From an uncultured Deinococcales bacterium (GTDB lineage Bacteria > Deinococcota > Deinococci > Deinococcales > JAAFIG01), in contig CAXTTL010000054.1 of NCBI GenBank assembly GCA_964247135.1, positions 1 to 22,914 on the forward strand: 22,914 bases of DNA, written 5' to 3'. Positions 8,448 through 16,829 of this stretch are shown here, one piece after another (position 1 is the first letter of the stretch; every line of letters begins with the position of its first letter). The notes beneath the pieces are model-generated. The model was not told the origin of the DNA, made no database searches, and saw only the letters and a list, made by a program, of their open reading frames with translations. A program made the position numbers and the translations under genes.

Positions 8448-9555
8448 TCCTCGAGTTCAAGTGATCTTCAAGCCTCTCGAGTGCCTCTGGCATGTTTTGC
8501 CTCCCATAACCCATCCGAACGTGCCCTGGTTGATCGTAGACGCCACCAGGTAGCAACAAGACGCCCGTTTCGCGCACAATCTCCTCACAGAAATCCGTGA
8601 CATCCCCATCAATGCTCACTCGAGGAAAACCAATCGGGCTGGCATTCGGTTTGACCCAAGAAAACAAGCTCGAGTGTCGCGCCAAAAATGCCTCGAGCAG
8701 CGGTAAATTTTGATGCACAATCTCGAGGTTGCGGGTCAACAATGTTTGGCGTTGCCGCAGTGCCAAGGCGGTCAAAAATTCGGACGGGGCGCTCGAGCAG
8801 ATGGTCGTGTAATACTTGAAATGCAGGCATTTCTCGAGCAAGTCGTGGTTGCGCGATGCCAACCAGCCCAAACGCAGTCCAGGCAATCCGTAAGACTTGC
8901 TCATCGAACCGAGCGAAATTGCATTCTCGTAAACCTCACAAGCCGCAGGAAGTCGCGTGCTCGGGTCATGCTCGAGTTCGCGGTACACCTCGTCACAAAA
9001 CACGATGATGCCGCGTTCTTTGGCAAGGTTCGTGACCGCCGCAAAAACTTCAGGCTTCATGTTGATGCCCGTCGGATTTGAGGGCGTGTTGATGTAAATC
9101 ATTTTCGTGTTCGGACGAATCAGTGCCTCGAGCGCCGCCAGATCGTGCGCCCAACCGTCCTCAAAATGCCGTTGCCACTGGCTGACTTCCGCGCCAGTGC
9201 TTCGTGCCAACTCGAGTCCACTTTCGTAACATGGCGTCTCGACAATCACATGGTCATTCGCTGCCAAGAGTGCGTGATAGACCAGAAAAATGCCCTCTTC
9301 GGCGCTCGAGATCACCAATACATCATCGCTCGAGATACCTTGGTAAATTCCTGCAATCGCCTCGCGCAAAAACGGAGCACCAGAAGATTCCGTATAGCCA
9401 AGCCAGTGCTCGTCAAAGCGTTCTTTGGCGTCAGGCTCGAGCGCCAGCAACTCGGCAACGGTTCGTGATTGCGCGTCCGAACTCGAGAGCATGAACTGCG
9501 CACTGAATTCGTACTTGGCGTAATAATGCTCGATGCGAAATGGCTTGAGGTTCAT
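8428..9555 (-). CDS. Aminotransferase class I/II-fold PLP-dependent enzyme
   Basis: NTPSNPTG, DEVY, GSMSKSYGLPGLRLGW (PLP lysine) and VRMGYG. AAGGAG RBS. 3' end overlaps the EEP gene by 20 nt. Confidence 0.92.
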   Translation of the reverse strand: MNLKPFRIEHYYAKYEFSAQFMLSSSDAQSRTVAELLALEPDAKERFDEHWLGYTESSGAPFLREAIAGIYQGISSDDVLVISSAEEGIFLVYHALLAANDHVIVETPCYESGLELARSTGAEVSQWQRHFEDGWAHDLAALEALIRPNTKMIYINTPSNPTGINMKPEVFAAVTNLAKERGIIVFCDEVYRELEHDPSTRLPAACEVYENAISLGSMSKSYGLPGLRLGWLASRNHDLLEKCLHFKYYTTICSSAPSEFLTALALRQRQTLLTRNLEIVHQNLPLLEAFLARHSSLFSWVKPNASPIGFPRVSIDGDVTDFCEEIVRETGVLLLPGGVYDQPGHVRMGYGRQNMPEALERLEDHLNSRIRASGG

Positions 9556-9580
9556 GCAACTCCTTGAAACAAGAAAAAAT

Positions 9581-9853
9581 CTATTTCACTGTAAACCAAT
9601 CAACAATAACCTTTACCGTAGTAATCAGCGTAGCCACAGTGGTTATGACAGCTAACAAAGTAATTCTCTTTGTCATTCGATCCATTGCACGGGTATACTC
9701 GAGCATCTCTTCACTCGTCTTCTGTTGATCTCTTCGATGCAACTCATCTAAATAATGTGCTGTGCCAACCACAGTACTTTTTGCTAGCACGTCATGCTGT
9801 TGGATCAAATTGTCATCTGAAAGTTCCCTTAGTTGAGCTATGGTTTCTGCCAT
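9581..9853 (-). CDS. Hypothetical 90-aa protein with C-terminal transmembrane helix
   Basis: GGAGGTG RBS (9864-9870) before ATG 9853. MAETIAQLRELSDDNL...ITLLAVITTVATLITTVKVIVDWF. AT-rich. Confidence 0.65.
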   Translation of the reverse strand: MAETIAQLRELSDDNLIQQHDVLAKSTVVGTAHYLDELHRRDQQKTSEEMLEYTRAMDRMTKRITLLAVITTVATLITTVKVIVDWFTVK

Positions 9854-10093
9854 TTGAATTTCACACCTCCGTTTTACCCGAGTTTCCAAAACTCACTGAT
9901 CTCAGGCATACGTTAAGTACGTTGAAAAGTCTTGTGAAGTTCCATGTCAATTTCTTGGGTCAGATTTTAGAATATTGTCTTGGTTTAAGATATTACAGGT
10001 ACACTTCTGAGCATTTACAACCAATGATCTTTACGCCTTTCCTTTGGGCTTTATAACTAATCGAAAGCACGTGCAGAACAGCTTTTGTCCTGG

Positions 10094-10459
10094 TTATAAA
10101 AGCCCCAAATGGCTGGCAATCTCACGCCCGACAATAAACTCTTCGGTATCGCCAACGTGCAACAACACGCAATCGCGGTCGGCATAAAATTCCTTGACCG
10201 CTTCCCACGCGGCATCTTCGGATTCGAACACATCGGGAAGCTCGAGGTCTTGCACCGTCTCGAGCGCATCCTCACCAAATTCTTCGCTGCGCAGCGCCTC
10301 GACCAAGGACGTGAACTGATAGCGGTCCAAAATTTCGTCGCGGTCGAGTTTGCGTCCCGCCAACGTGGTTTTTTCGACCAATGATTCATCAATGAACGCA
10401 AAACGCTCGAGCGCGGTGTCAAAAGCCTCATCGGTAACAGGAATGACTGGAATGTTCAT
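10094..10459 (-). CDS. Acidic hypothetical protein (121 aa), probably leaderless
   Basis: Host-like codon use with several CTCGAG. TATCAT (10471-10466) lies 6 nt before the ATG and there is no SD. Confidence 0.8.
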   Translation of the reverse strand: MNIPVIPVTDEAFDTALERFAFIDESLVEKTTLAGRKLDRDEILDRYQFTSLVEALRSEEFGEDALETVQDLELPDVFESEDAAWEAVKEFYADRDCVLLHVGDTEEFIVGREIASHLGLL

Positions 10460-10476
10460 GCGCCCATGATACGCGC

Positions 10477-11082
10477 TTAAGAATCCAAAATCACGATCAC
10501 GTCCACTTTGCCAGGACCGTGCACGCCAAGCGCCATCGTCTGTTCAATGTCGGCACTTTTGCTCGGACCCGTATGCATCCCCCACGCGCTGGGAAGCTCG
10601 AGCAAGCCGAGTTTGGCGTACAAGTCTTCGATGTCGGGCAGGATTTGGCTGGCTTTTAAAAGGATGACGTGATGGAACGGCAGTAGTGTCGCAAGCCGCC
10701 CATGCTTCGAGGAAAACGCGAGGCTGCCGGTGGCAGCAACCGCAAAATCCGCGCCTGTGATGCCAACATCCGCATCTTTGGGCGCAAGCGACGTCAAACC
10801 GTTTTGCTCGAGTGAAAAGTCTTTTAGAATCTCGTGACTCGAGCTGACATAAGACGTTTTCCCAACCAACAAGGCTTTCAAGCTCTCTCGAGCGTCCTGC
10901 AACGATTCGACCAAATGCACTTTTCCCAACACCCGTTCATTCTCGAGCTTAAAGCGCTCTGCCAGAACTCGAGCGTCCTGAGCTGCGTTGAGGCTTGGAT
11001 GAGTTGGAGGTCTGGTGATGGGGGCTTTGGGGTTGCGTCCTGTGGCGTCACGGACTCGAGCGAGGAAATCGGCGCGATTCAT
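10477..11082 (-). CDS. lutC: Lactate utilisation protein C (LUD domain; LldG/YkgG)
   Basis: ADVGITGADFAVAATGS and TGPSKSADIEQTMALGVHGP. Start MNRADFLARVR at 11082 after CGAGG. Confidence 0.9.
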   Translation of the reverse strand: MNRADFLARVRDATGRNPKAPITRPPTHPSLNAAQDARVLAERFKLENERVLGKVHLVESLQDARESLKALLVGKTSYVSSSHEILKDFSLEQNGLTSLAPKDADVGITGADFAVAATGSLAFSSKHGRLATLLPFHHVILLKASQILPDIEDLYAKLGLLELPSAWGMHTGPSKSADIEQTMALGVHGPGKVDVIVILDS

Positions 11083-11127
11083 GATGAAACCTCGGCGGGA
11101 ATTTGAGATGAACAAATTCTTGTCCCA

Positions 11128-11331
11128 CCCTCATCCCCGACCCTTCTCCCGCACGGGAGAAGGGAGCTTCGGCGCTTTGTTGTGTGATTAAAATCCTTCC
11201 AGATGGCATTAAATCCAATGAAAAACTGTGTCCAAAATGCACTATTTGGAGAAGAGTAAAGACCTCGAGCCAAACGTGTAAAAGAATCAAACTCCCTTCT
11301 CCTATGTTGGGAGAAGGGTCGGGGATGAGGG
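11128..11331. repeat. Inverted pair of CCCTCATCCCC...GGGAGAAGGGAG REP-like hairpins
   Basis: 11128-11166 (CCCTCATCCCCGACCCTTCTCCCgcacGGGAGAAGGGAG) and 11292-11331 are near-perfect reverse complements. Each has an internal stem, and they enclose 125 nt. Confidence 0.85.
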
Positions 11332-11394
11332 AAGACAAAGCAGTCGTTTCCCCCTGTGTTTGACTGAAAAAAAACGATATCAGTAGGAGAAATT

Positions 11395-12828
11395 TCAATC
11401 ATCAGCCACCTCGAGTCTCGGTGCGGCTTCGGTGTTCAAGCCTTCATTCCACAAATCCCGAAACGATTTTTGGTTGGGAGCAGGAAAATCCCTTGTGGAT
11501 TGCCAACTTGAGAGTGGCGCAATGCCAAAGTTCGGCATGGTTTTGCCCCAGTTGACAAAGCGTCCCATTTTACTCGAGAGTCGGTACAGCGCAGGATTTT
11601 TCATCAAATTTTTGAAGGCTTTGATGCCCAAAGTTTCAACGGCTGGCATCAAGCCACTCGAAACGGCTCGAGTGCGTTGGGTGACGAGCATTTGCGGCAG
11701 CGGAATTTTAACGGGGCAAACATCGCCGCACGCCCCGCACAAACTCGAGGCGAAGGGCAAGCTTTTGGCTTCGGGCAATCCGAGCAAACCAGGATCAAGC
11801 ACGCTGCCGATGGGTCCTGAATATACCCAACCGTAAGCGTGACCGCCGAGTTGCTGGTAGACGGGGCAGGTGTTCAGACACGCGCCGCATCGGATGCAGC
11901 GCAGGCTGGCTCGCATCTCATCATCGGCAAGCACACTCGAGCGTCCGTTGTCGAGCACAACCAAATGAAATTCTTCGGGTCCGTCAACCTCGAGGTCACA
12001 TTTGGGTCCAGAAATCAAAGACACAAACACCGTGCTGCGCTGTCCCGTGGCAGCCCTCGGTAAGAGTTTTAAAAACACGCCAAGGTCGTGAATGTTGGGG
12101 ATGACCTTCTCGAGTCCCATCACGGCAATGTGTACTTTCGGGCGCGAGGTGGTCAGTCGGGCGTTGCCTTCGTTTTCGACGATCACGATGCTGCCCGATT
12201 CGGCGACGGCAAAGTTCACGCCCGAAATGCCAACGTCGGCGTTCAAGAAATCTTCTCTGATGATCTCGCGGGCTTTGCCTGCCAGCACATCGGCGCTCGA
12301 GCCGAGCGGCACGTCGTAAAGTTTATGAAAGAGTTCGTCCACCTCGCTTTTGGGTTTGTGAATCGCGGGTCCAATAATATGACTCGGGTGTTCACCCTCG
12401 AGTTGCAAAATGTACTCGCCCAAATCCGATTCGATCACCTTCATGCCAGCCTGCTCGAGCGCGTTGTTCAGTTCGATTTCTTCGGTGACCATGCTTTTGG
12501 ATTTGACAATCAATTTCGCGTTCGCGGCTTGGGTGATGCCTAAAATAATCTGGTTGGCATCCGCAGCATCATGCGCAAAATGCACGTGACCGCCCCGCGA
12601 TTCGATGTTGTCCGCCAAGCGCCCCAGGTAATAATCCAGATGCTCGAGCGTGTGGTCTTTGACGGTGGCGGCGTAGGCTTTTAAGGCTTCGACATCGGGC
12701 AGTTCGGCGTAGGCGGCGGTACGGTTTTGGTTGAAGGTTTCGGTGGCGCGTTTGACCGCCCCGCGAACGCCCGTGTTCTCGAGCGCTTTCAAGTGCGCCT
12801 GCGGAAAATCGTGAATGCTGATTTCCAT
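11395..12828 (-). CDS. lutB: Lactate utilisation Fe-S protein B (LldF/YkgF)
   Basis: KSKSMVTEEI, ESDLGEYI, ENEGN, CIRCGACLNTCPVY and SSLCGACGDVCPVKIP. Confidence 0.95.
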   Translation of the reverse strand: MEISIHDFPQAHLKALENTGVRGAVKRATETFNQNRTAAYAELPDVEALKAYAATVKDHTLEHLDYYLGRLADNIESRGGHVHFAHDAADANQIILGITQAANAKLIVKSKSMVTEEIELNNALEQAGMKVIESDLGEYILQLEGEHPSHIIGPAIHKPKSEVDELFHKLYDVPLGSSADVLAGKAREIIREDFLNADVGISGVNFAVAESGSIVIVENEGNARLTTSRPKVHIAVMGLEKVIPNIHDLGVFLKLLPRAATGQRSTVFVSLISGPKCDLEVDGPEEFHLVVLDNGRSSVLADDEMRASLRCIRCGACLNTCPVYQQLGGHAYGWVYSGPIGSVLDPGLLGLPEAKSLPFASSLCGACGDVCPVKIPLPQMLVTQRTRAVSSGLMPAVETLGIKAFKNLMKNPALYRLSSKMGRFVNWGKTMPNFGIAPLSSWQSTRDFPAPNQKSFRDLWNEGLNTEAAPRLEVADD

Positions 12829-12883
12829 GATTGACTCCTATGCGGGTTGGGCTTCTGGCTCGTAAGACAGCACCTTCTTGGTT

Positions 12884-13669
12884 TCAAGACGCACCTGACG
12901 GGCGAAACCGCTCACGGGCTACTCGCGCTTCGAGTGCGGCTTTGCCATTCAACAATAACTGGGCAATATGAACCACGGGTGGCGTGTTCTGGCGTCTGCC
13001 TAAGCCGCCGCCGAGTTGCATCAGGCAGCCCAAATCGGTGCTGGTCAGAACATCCGCCTCCGTAGCGTCCATCTTGAGCGAATCCAATTTTCGGTCCATC
13101 ATCGCGCTCGAGAGTTCGGGTAATTTCACGCTGAACAAGCCGCCAAAACCGCAACACGTTTCATCCCAGGGCAATAAGGTTGCACCTGCCGCCTCGAGCA
13201 AAATCCGTGGTTGTTGTTTCACGCCCATGTTGCGCATCGCATGACAAGAATCGTGATATGCCACGCGAACGCCAGAAAGGTCAACGCCAGGATGTGTCAC
13301 CCCCAGTTTCTCAACCAGAAATTGCGTCAGTTCAAACACCCGACCCGAGACATCCCAAGCGCGGCGCAAATTCATCGGGTCTTGCGCGAAGAGTTCTGGG
13401 TAATGATGCACCATCGCCCCGCACGAACCCGAAGGCACGACCACAGCATCACTGGTCTCGAGCGCCTTTTCAAACACATTCAAATAATGCTTTGCCAGCT
13501 CCCTGGCATCATCGGCATAACCAGCGTTGTAAGCGGGTTGTCCACAACAGGTTTGATCCTGTGGAAAACCGACATCCACGCCAAACCTTCGCAGCAACCG
13601 CACGCTGTCAGCCGCCGCACTCGAGCCGAATTGATCTGCCACACAGGTCACAAAAAAACTTACGCGCAT
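12884..13669 (-). CDS. lutA: Lactate utilisation protein A (CCG domains; LldE/YkgE)
   Basis: FVTC, QTCCGQPAYNAG, SGSC, YHDSCH, CCGFGGLFSVK and DLGCLMQL. GAGGTG RBS before ATG 13669. Confidence 0.93.
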   Translation of the reverse strand: MRVSFFVTCVADQFGSSAAADSVRLLRRFGVDVGFPQDQTCCGQPAYNAGYADDARELAKHYLNVFEKALETSDAVVVPSGSCGAMVHHYPELFAQDPMNLRRAWDVSGRVFELTQFLVEKLGVTHPGVDLSGVRVAYHDSCHAMRNMGVKQQPRILLEAAGATLLPWDETCCGFGGLFSVKLPELSSAMMDRKLDSLKMDATEADVLTSTDLGCLMQLGGGLGRRQNTPPVVHIAQLLLNGKAALEARVARERFRPSGAS

Positions 13670-13696
13670 GAACACCTCTGGTTTGGAATCTCGAGC

Positions 13697-13725
13697 ATCA
13701 TAGACTTTTTATTTCAAATTCTCGA
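13697..13725 (-). promoter_or_regulatory. Putative internal lutABC promoter
   Basis: Minus strand TCGAGA-N17-TATGAT, 27 nt upstream of the lutA ATG. Confidence 0.4.
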
Positions 13726-13765
13726 GAATCGCTCAAAATACATTGATCTTCAAAACGCAAAACCC

Positions 13766-13821
13766 GTAGGGTGCGCCGTGCGCACCGTCATTTAAACCCT
13801 GGTGCGCACGGCGCACCCTAC
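13766..13821. repeat. GTAG-type REP doublet (REPIN-like), perfect 21-bp inverted repeat
   Basis: GTAGGGTGCGCCGTGCGCACC-N14-GGTGCGCACGGCGCACCCTAC, 9 nt past the rhaI stop. Confidence 0.9.
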
Positions 13822-13830
13822 CATTGTCTT

Positions 13831-15018
13831 TCATTCTGGAAATCCCCCACCCGCACTCGCTTTCCCTCGAGTCTTGGCGGTTTTCTCGAGATACCCCGAA
13901 GCCCTTAACGCTTTCATTGGTTCGGCTGGTTTGCCTTGTTCCTCGCGGATTTCGGACAGCAGTGGTCGCACGTCGGTTCGGAAAGCATCCATCAAAATCT
14001 GGTTTGCCTCTAAAATCGCGCCTTGACCCTGTGCAACCTTCAGCGCCGCACGATCCACCAGCAACGCCTTCGCGTAGGCTTCTTGACAGTTTAGAACGCT
14101 TAAGAGCATGGCTTGGACTTTATTCTCGAGGTAATGACATTGGTCGATCATGTACGCCACGTTTTTCGCGGTATTCACAGCCAGTTTGTCTTTGGATTGT
14201 TCGGCGCTGACCAGTTCAACAAAAATGCAGAACAACTCGAGCGGGTTGGTGCTGCCGACAATCAAATCGTCGTCGGCGTAACGGCGGTTGTTGAAGTGAA
14301 ACCCGCCCAGCTTGCCCTCGTCGAGCAAGAACGCCACGATCTGTTCAATGTTCGTGCCTTGCGCATGATGTCCCAAATCGACCAGCACTTGCGCTTTTTC
14401 GCCGAGCGCCGTGCAATGCGCGAACGCCGTTCCCCAATCGGGCAGGTCCGTGCCGTAAAAAGCGGGTTCAAAAAACTTGTACTCGAGCAGCAAACGCGTG
14501 TTTTTGGGAAGTGCCGCGTAAACTTCGGTCAACGAATCTCGAGTGCGGTGTTTGCGTTCACGGAAATCGTCTTGCCCAGCGTAATTTGTGCCGTCGGCAA
14601 ACCACAGTGACAAATCCCTTGAACCCGTGAGTTTCATCACCTCAACACACTCGAGCATGTGATTGATGGCTTTCTTACGAATTTTTTTATCGGGATTGGC
14701 AATCGAACCCAGGCGGTATTCTTCAGCTTGAAACACATTTGGGTTGATTGCGCCCAAGGAAATTCCGCGATCTTTGGCAAATTTCTTGAGCTTTGCAAAA
14801 TCCTCCACTTTATCCCAAGGAATGTGCAACGCCACGCTCGGCGCAATGCCCGTCAACTCGTGGACTTTTGCCGCATCCTCGAGTTTTTCCCAAATGTCAC
14901 GCGCCGCGCCAGGGCTGGGAAAGGTTTTAAAGCGCGTTCCCGCGTTGCCGTAACCCCACGAGGGCGTTTCGATGTGTTGTTTTTTCAGGGCTTCACGGAT
15001 TGAATTTGAGACTTTCAT
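13831..15018 (-). CDS. rhaI: L-rhamnose isomerase, RhaI type (xylose-isomerase-like barrel)
   Basis: [51 protein letters not shown] and YADDDL. Confidence 0.93.
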   Translation of the reverse strand: MKVSNSIREALKKQHIETPSWGYGNAGTRFKTFPSPGAARDIWEKLEDAAKVHELTGIAPSVALHIPWDKVEDFAKLKKFAKDRGISLGAINPNVFQAEEYRLGSIANPDKKIRKKAINHMLECVEVMKLTGSRDLSLWFADGTNYAGQDDFRERKHRTRDSLTEVYAALPKNTRLLLEYKFFEPAFYGTDLPDWGTAFAHCTALGEKAQVLVDLGHHAQGTNIEQIVAFLLDEGKLGGFHFNNRRYADDDLIVGSTNPLELFCIFVELVSAEQSKDKLAVNTAKNVAYMIDQCHYLENKVQAMLLSVLNCQEAYAKALLVDRAALKVAQGQGAILEANQILMDAFRTDVRPLLSEIREEQGKPAEPMKALRASGYLEKTAKTRGKASAGGGFPE

Positions 15019-15290
15019 ATCGAGTTTCCTCCAAGTATTTCAGATTGAAGTTCTGGCTCAAGTGCATAAACTTTGATAACTCTGTTTTCTTCAAAAAAAT
15101 AGAGTCTTTCGCACACTGGACAGCGCCATACATCATTTTTTGGCTGTGGCATAAACCGTTGTTTTGTATCGTAGGAATTGATGAGTTCGCTAATGAGTTC
15201 TGAATCCCATTCTGAATAGACAAACAAACGTATGTCTTTTGAACTTCCGTCATGCAACAAATTTCCACATCGGCAGGTCATTTTCGCCAT
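15015..15290 (-). CDS. Hypothetical 91-aa CxC...CxxC (Zn-ribbon-like) protein
   Basis: AAAGGAG RBS. MTCRCG and [10 protein letters not shown] motifs. ATGA overlap with the rhaI start. AT-rich with no CTCGAG. Confidence 0.8.
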   Translation of the reverse strand: MAKMTCRCGNLLHDGSSKDIRLFVYSEWDSELISELINSYDTKQRFMPQPKNDVWRCPVCERLYFFEENRVIKVYALEPELQSEILGGNSI

Positions 15291-15321
15291 CTGAACAAAC
15301 TCCTTTTATAATCATGGAAAT

Positions 15322-16170
15322 TCACATAACCCCGTGTTCTCGAGCTTTACCGCGCAAGAACGCCAGACCATCACGCACCAGCGCTTGCGGATCGCCGACC
15401 ACATCGCGCCACATGCAGGTCGCACCAGCAATGTCGGGGTTGATGGCGGCGAAGGATTCCATCACCAGCGCCCCGTCGTAATTGATGGCTTTCAAACCCT
15501 TAAAAACGTCGTCCCAGTGAACGTTGCCTGTGCCTGGAGTGCCACGGTCCGACTCGGACAAATGAATGTAACGCATTTTTGCGCCAGTATTGATGATCGG
15601 CTTGAAAAACCCTTTCTCTTCAATGTTCATGTGGTACGTGTCCAGGTGAACGAAAGCGTTGGGTTCGTCGATACGTTCCACAATCTCGAGCGCTTGGCTG
15701 GCAAGGTTGATGAGGTAATTTTCGTAACGGTTGATGGCTTCAATCCCAATCTCGAGTCCGAGTGTTGAGGCAGATTTCGCCACGGATTTCAAAACCGTCA
15801 CAACGCTCGTCAGTTCATCGGCTCGAGGTGGAGCGCCCGTCAGTGTTCCCAAATGCGTGTAAATTGCGCCTGAGAGTGCGGTAGCGCCAATGCCGTGCGT
15901 CACGCGTAACGCATCCTCGAGAAAGACTTTTGCATTTTCGGGATTCGCTGGCAAATGCGTGTCTTTGGGTAGCCCAAGCGAACAGGTTGCGCCAATGTTG
16001 TAATGCTCGAGCAGCGCTTTGGTGTGGGCAATGTTGAAACTCGCAGGGTGCAACACGCAGACTTCAACAAAGTCGAGTCCGACGGCTGCCGCGCCGCCAA
16101 TCACTTTTTCCGCGCCCTCGTCGCTCCAGTCTCCAGCCCAAATGAATGCGTGCGCTCCGAATTTTGGCAT
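15322..16170 (-). CDS. Ketose 3-epimerase (D-psicose/D-tagatose/L-ribulose 3-epimerase family)
   Basis: FGAHAFIW, SLGL, EAINRYE, LDTYHMNIEE, HLSESDRGTPGTG and MESF (metal-binding E/D/H/E set intact). AAAGGA RBS before ATG 16170. Confidence 0.88.
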   Translation of the reverse strand: MPKFGAHAFIWAGDWSDEGAEKVIGGAAAVGLDFVEVCVLHPASFNIAHTKALLEHYNIGATCSLGLPKDTHLPANPENAKVFLEDALRVTHGIGATALSGAIYTHLGTLTGAPPRADELTSVVTVLKSVAKSASTLGLEIGIEAINRYENYLINLASQALEIVERIDEPNAFVHLDTYHMNIEEKGFFKPIINTGAKMRYIHLSESDRGTPGTGNVHWDDVFKGLKAINYDGALVMESFAAINPDIAGATCMWRDVVGDPQALVRDGLAFLRGKAREHGVM

Positions 16171-16200
16171 CTCGAGTTTCCTTTCTGTTTTCCCTTGGAG

Positions 16201-16267
16201 GTAGGGGTGAACCTTCTTGACCATAATCATGCACCTGGCGGGCATGGTCGCTTGTGTTCACCCTTGC
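16201..16267. repeat. Degenerate GTAG-type REP-like hairpin
   Basis: GTAGGGGTGAAC...GTTCACCCTTGC outer stem (two G-T pairs) with inner GACCAT...ATGGTC. Confidence 0.55.
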
Positions 16268-16303
16268 TGACGGTGAATTTAATGATAGGTGCGAAATAAA
16301 TAT

Positions 16304-16828
16304 TCAATCTTCCCGATAAAAAAACGGGTCAAAAATTTGATACTCAGGATAGCCAAAAATGGTTGGAATCTTGGCTTCAAACGGCATTTTTTGCTTTAAA
16401 ACTTTCGGCTCAAGCAGCACAACATTTTGTTTCTCGAGTTTGTGTTTGATCTCTAAAATTACAGCATCCCAGTCGCCAGCAGGGAATTTGTTGAGATCAT
16501 CAGGGCGCAAAAAACCTGAGCTGCCACCGTGCTTGCTTTTTGTTTTGGTCATTGCACCCATCGCGGCGACGGGTGCAAGTTTGCACAGGTACAACGCAAT
16601 GCCTTCAATGGTGGTGCTCAAACCTGAGACCCGAGAGGATGAACCGTCTTTTTTGTAGCAAAAAACATCCAGGTATGAGGCGTAACCGCTGCCGTAACCA
16701 TCATCAGATTCAACCGCAATGTGCTTGGATCGCTCGAGGTCGTGCAGGGCATTCTTGATGGCGCTTTTTGAGCCACCTACATGTTTTCCCGCAATCAATT
16801 TCTCGAGCAATTCGTTGGTGATGTCCAC
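16304..16828 (-). CDS. Hypothetical 174-aa protein (YGSGYASY...IFDPFFYRED)
   Basis: GTG start 1 nt after the DeoR stop. Globular composition, and it fills the gap in the operon. Confidence 0.8.
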   Translation of the reverse strand: MDITNELLEKLIAGKHVGGSKSAIKNALHDLERSKHIAVESDDGYGSGYASYLDVFCYKKDGSSSRVSGLSTTIEGIALYLCKLAPVAAMGAMTKTKSKHGGSSGFLRPDDLNKFPAGDWDAVILEIKHKLEKQNVVLLEPKVLKQKMPFEAKIPTIFGYPEYQIFDPFFYRED

Positions 16829-16829
16829 G

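Noticed and set aside
8428-9555. Specific call as capreomycidine synthase or a secondary-metabolite enzyme
   Set aside because: Fold-level resemblance only, with no NRPS or arginine hydroxylase neighbours.
9670-10056. 128-aa plus-strand ORF
   Set aside because: Antisense to the RBS-supported 9581-9853 gene, non-ATG start, no RBS and no recognisable motif.
11048-11402. ORFs 11048-11398 and 11079-11402 as real genes
   Set aside because: They translate REP arms (LIPDPSPNIGEG, PHPRPFSQ) and overlap the lutC start. At best a remnant.
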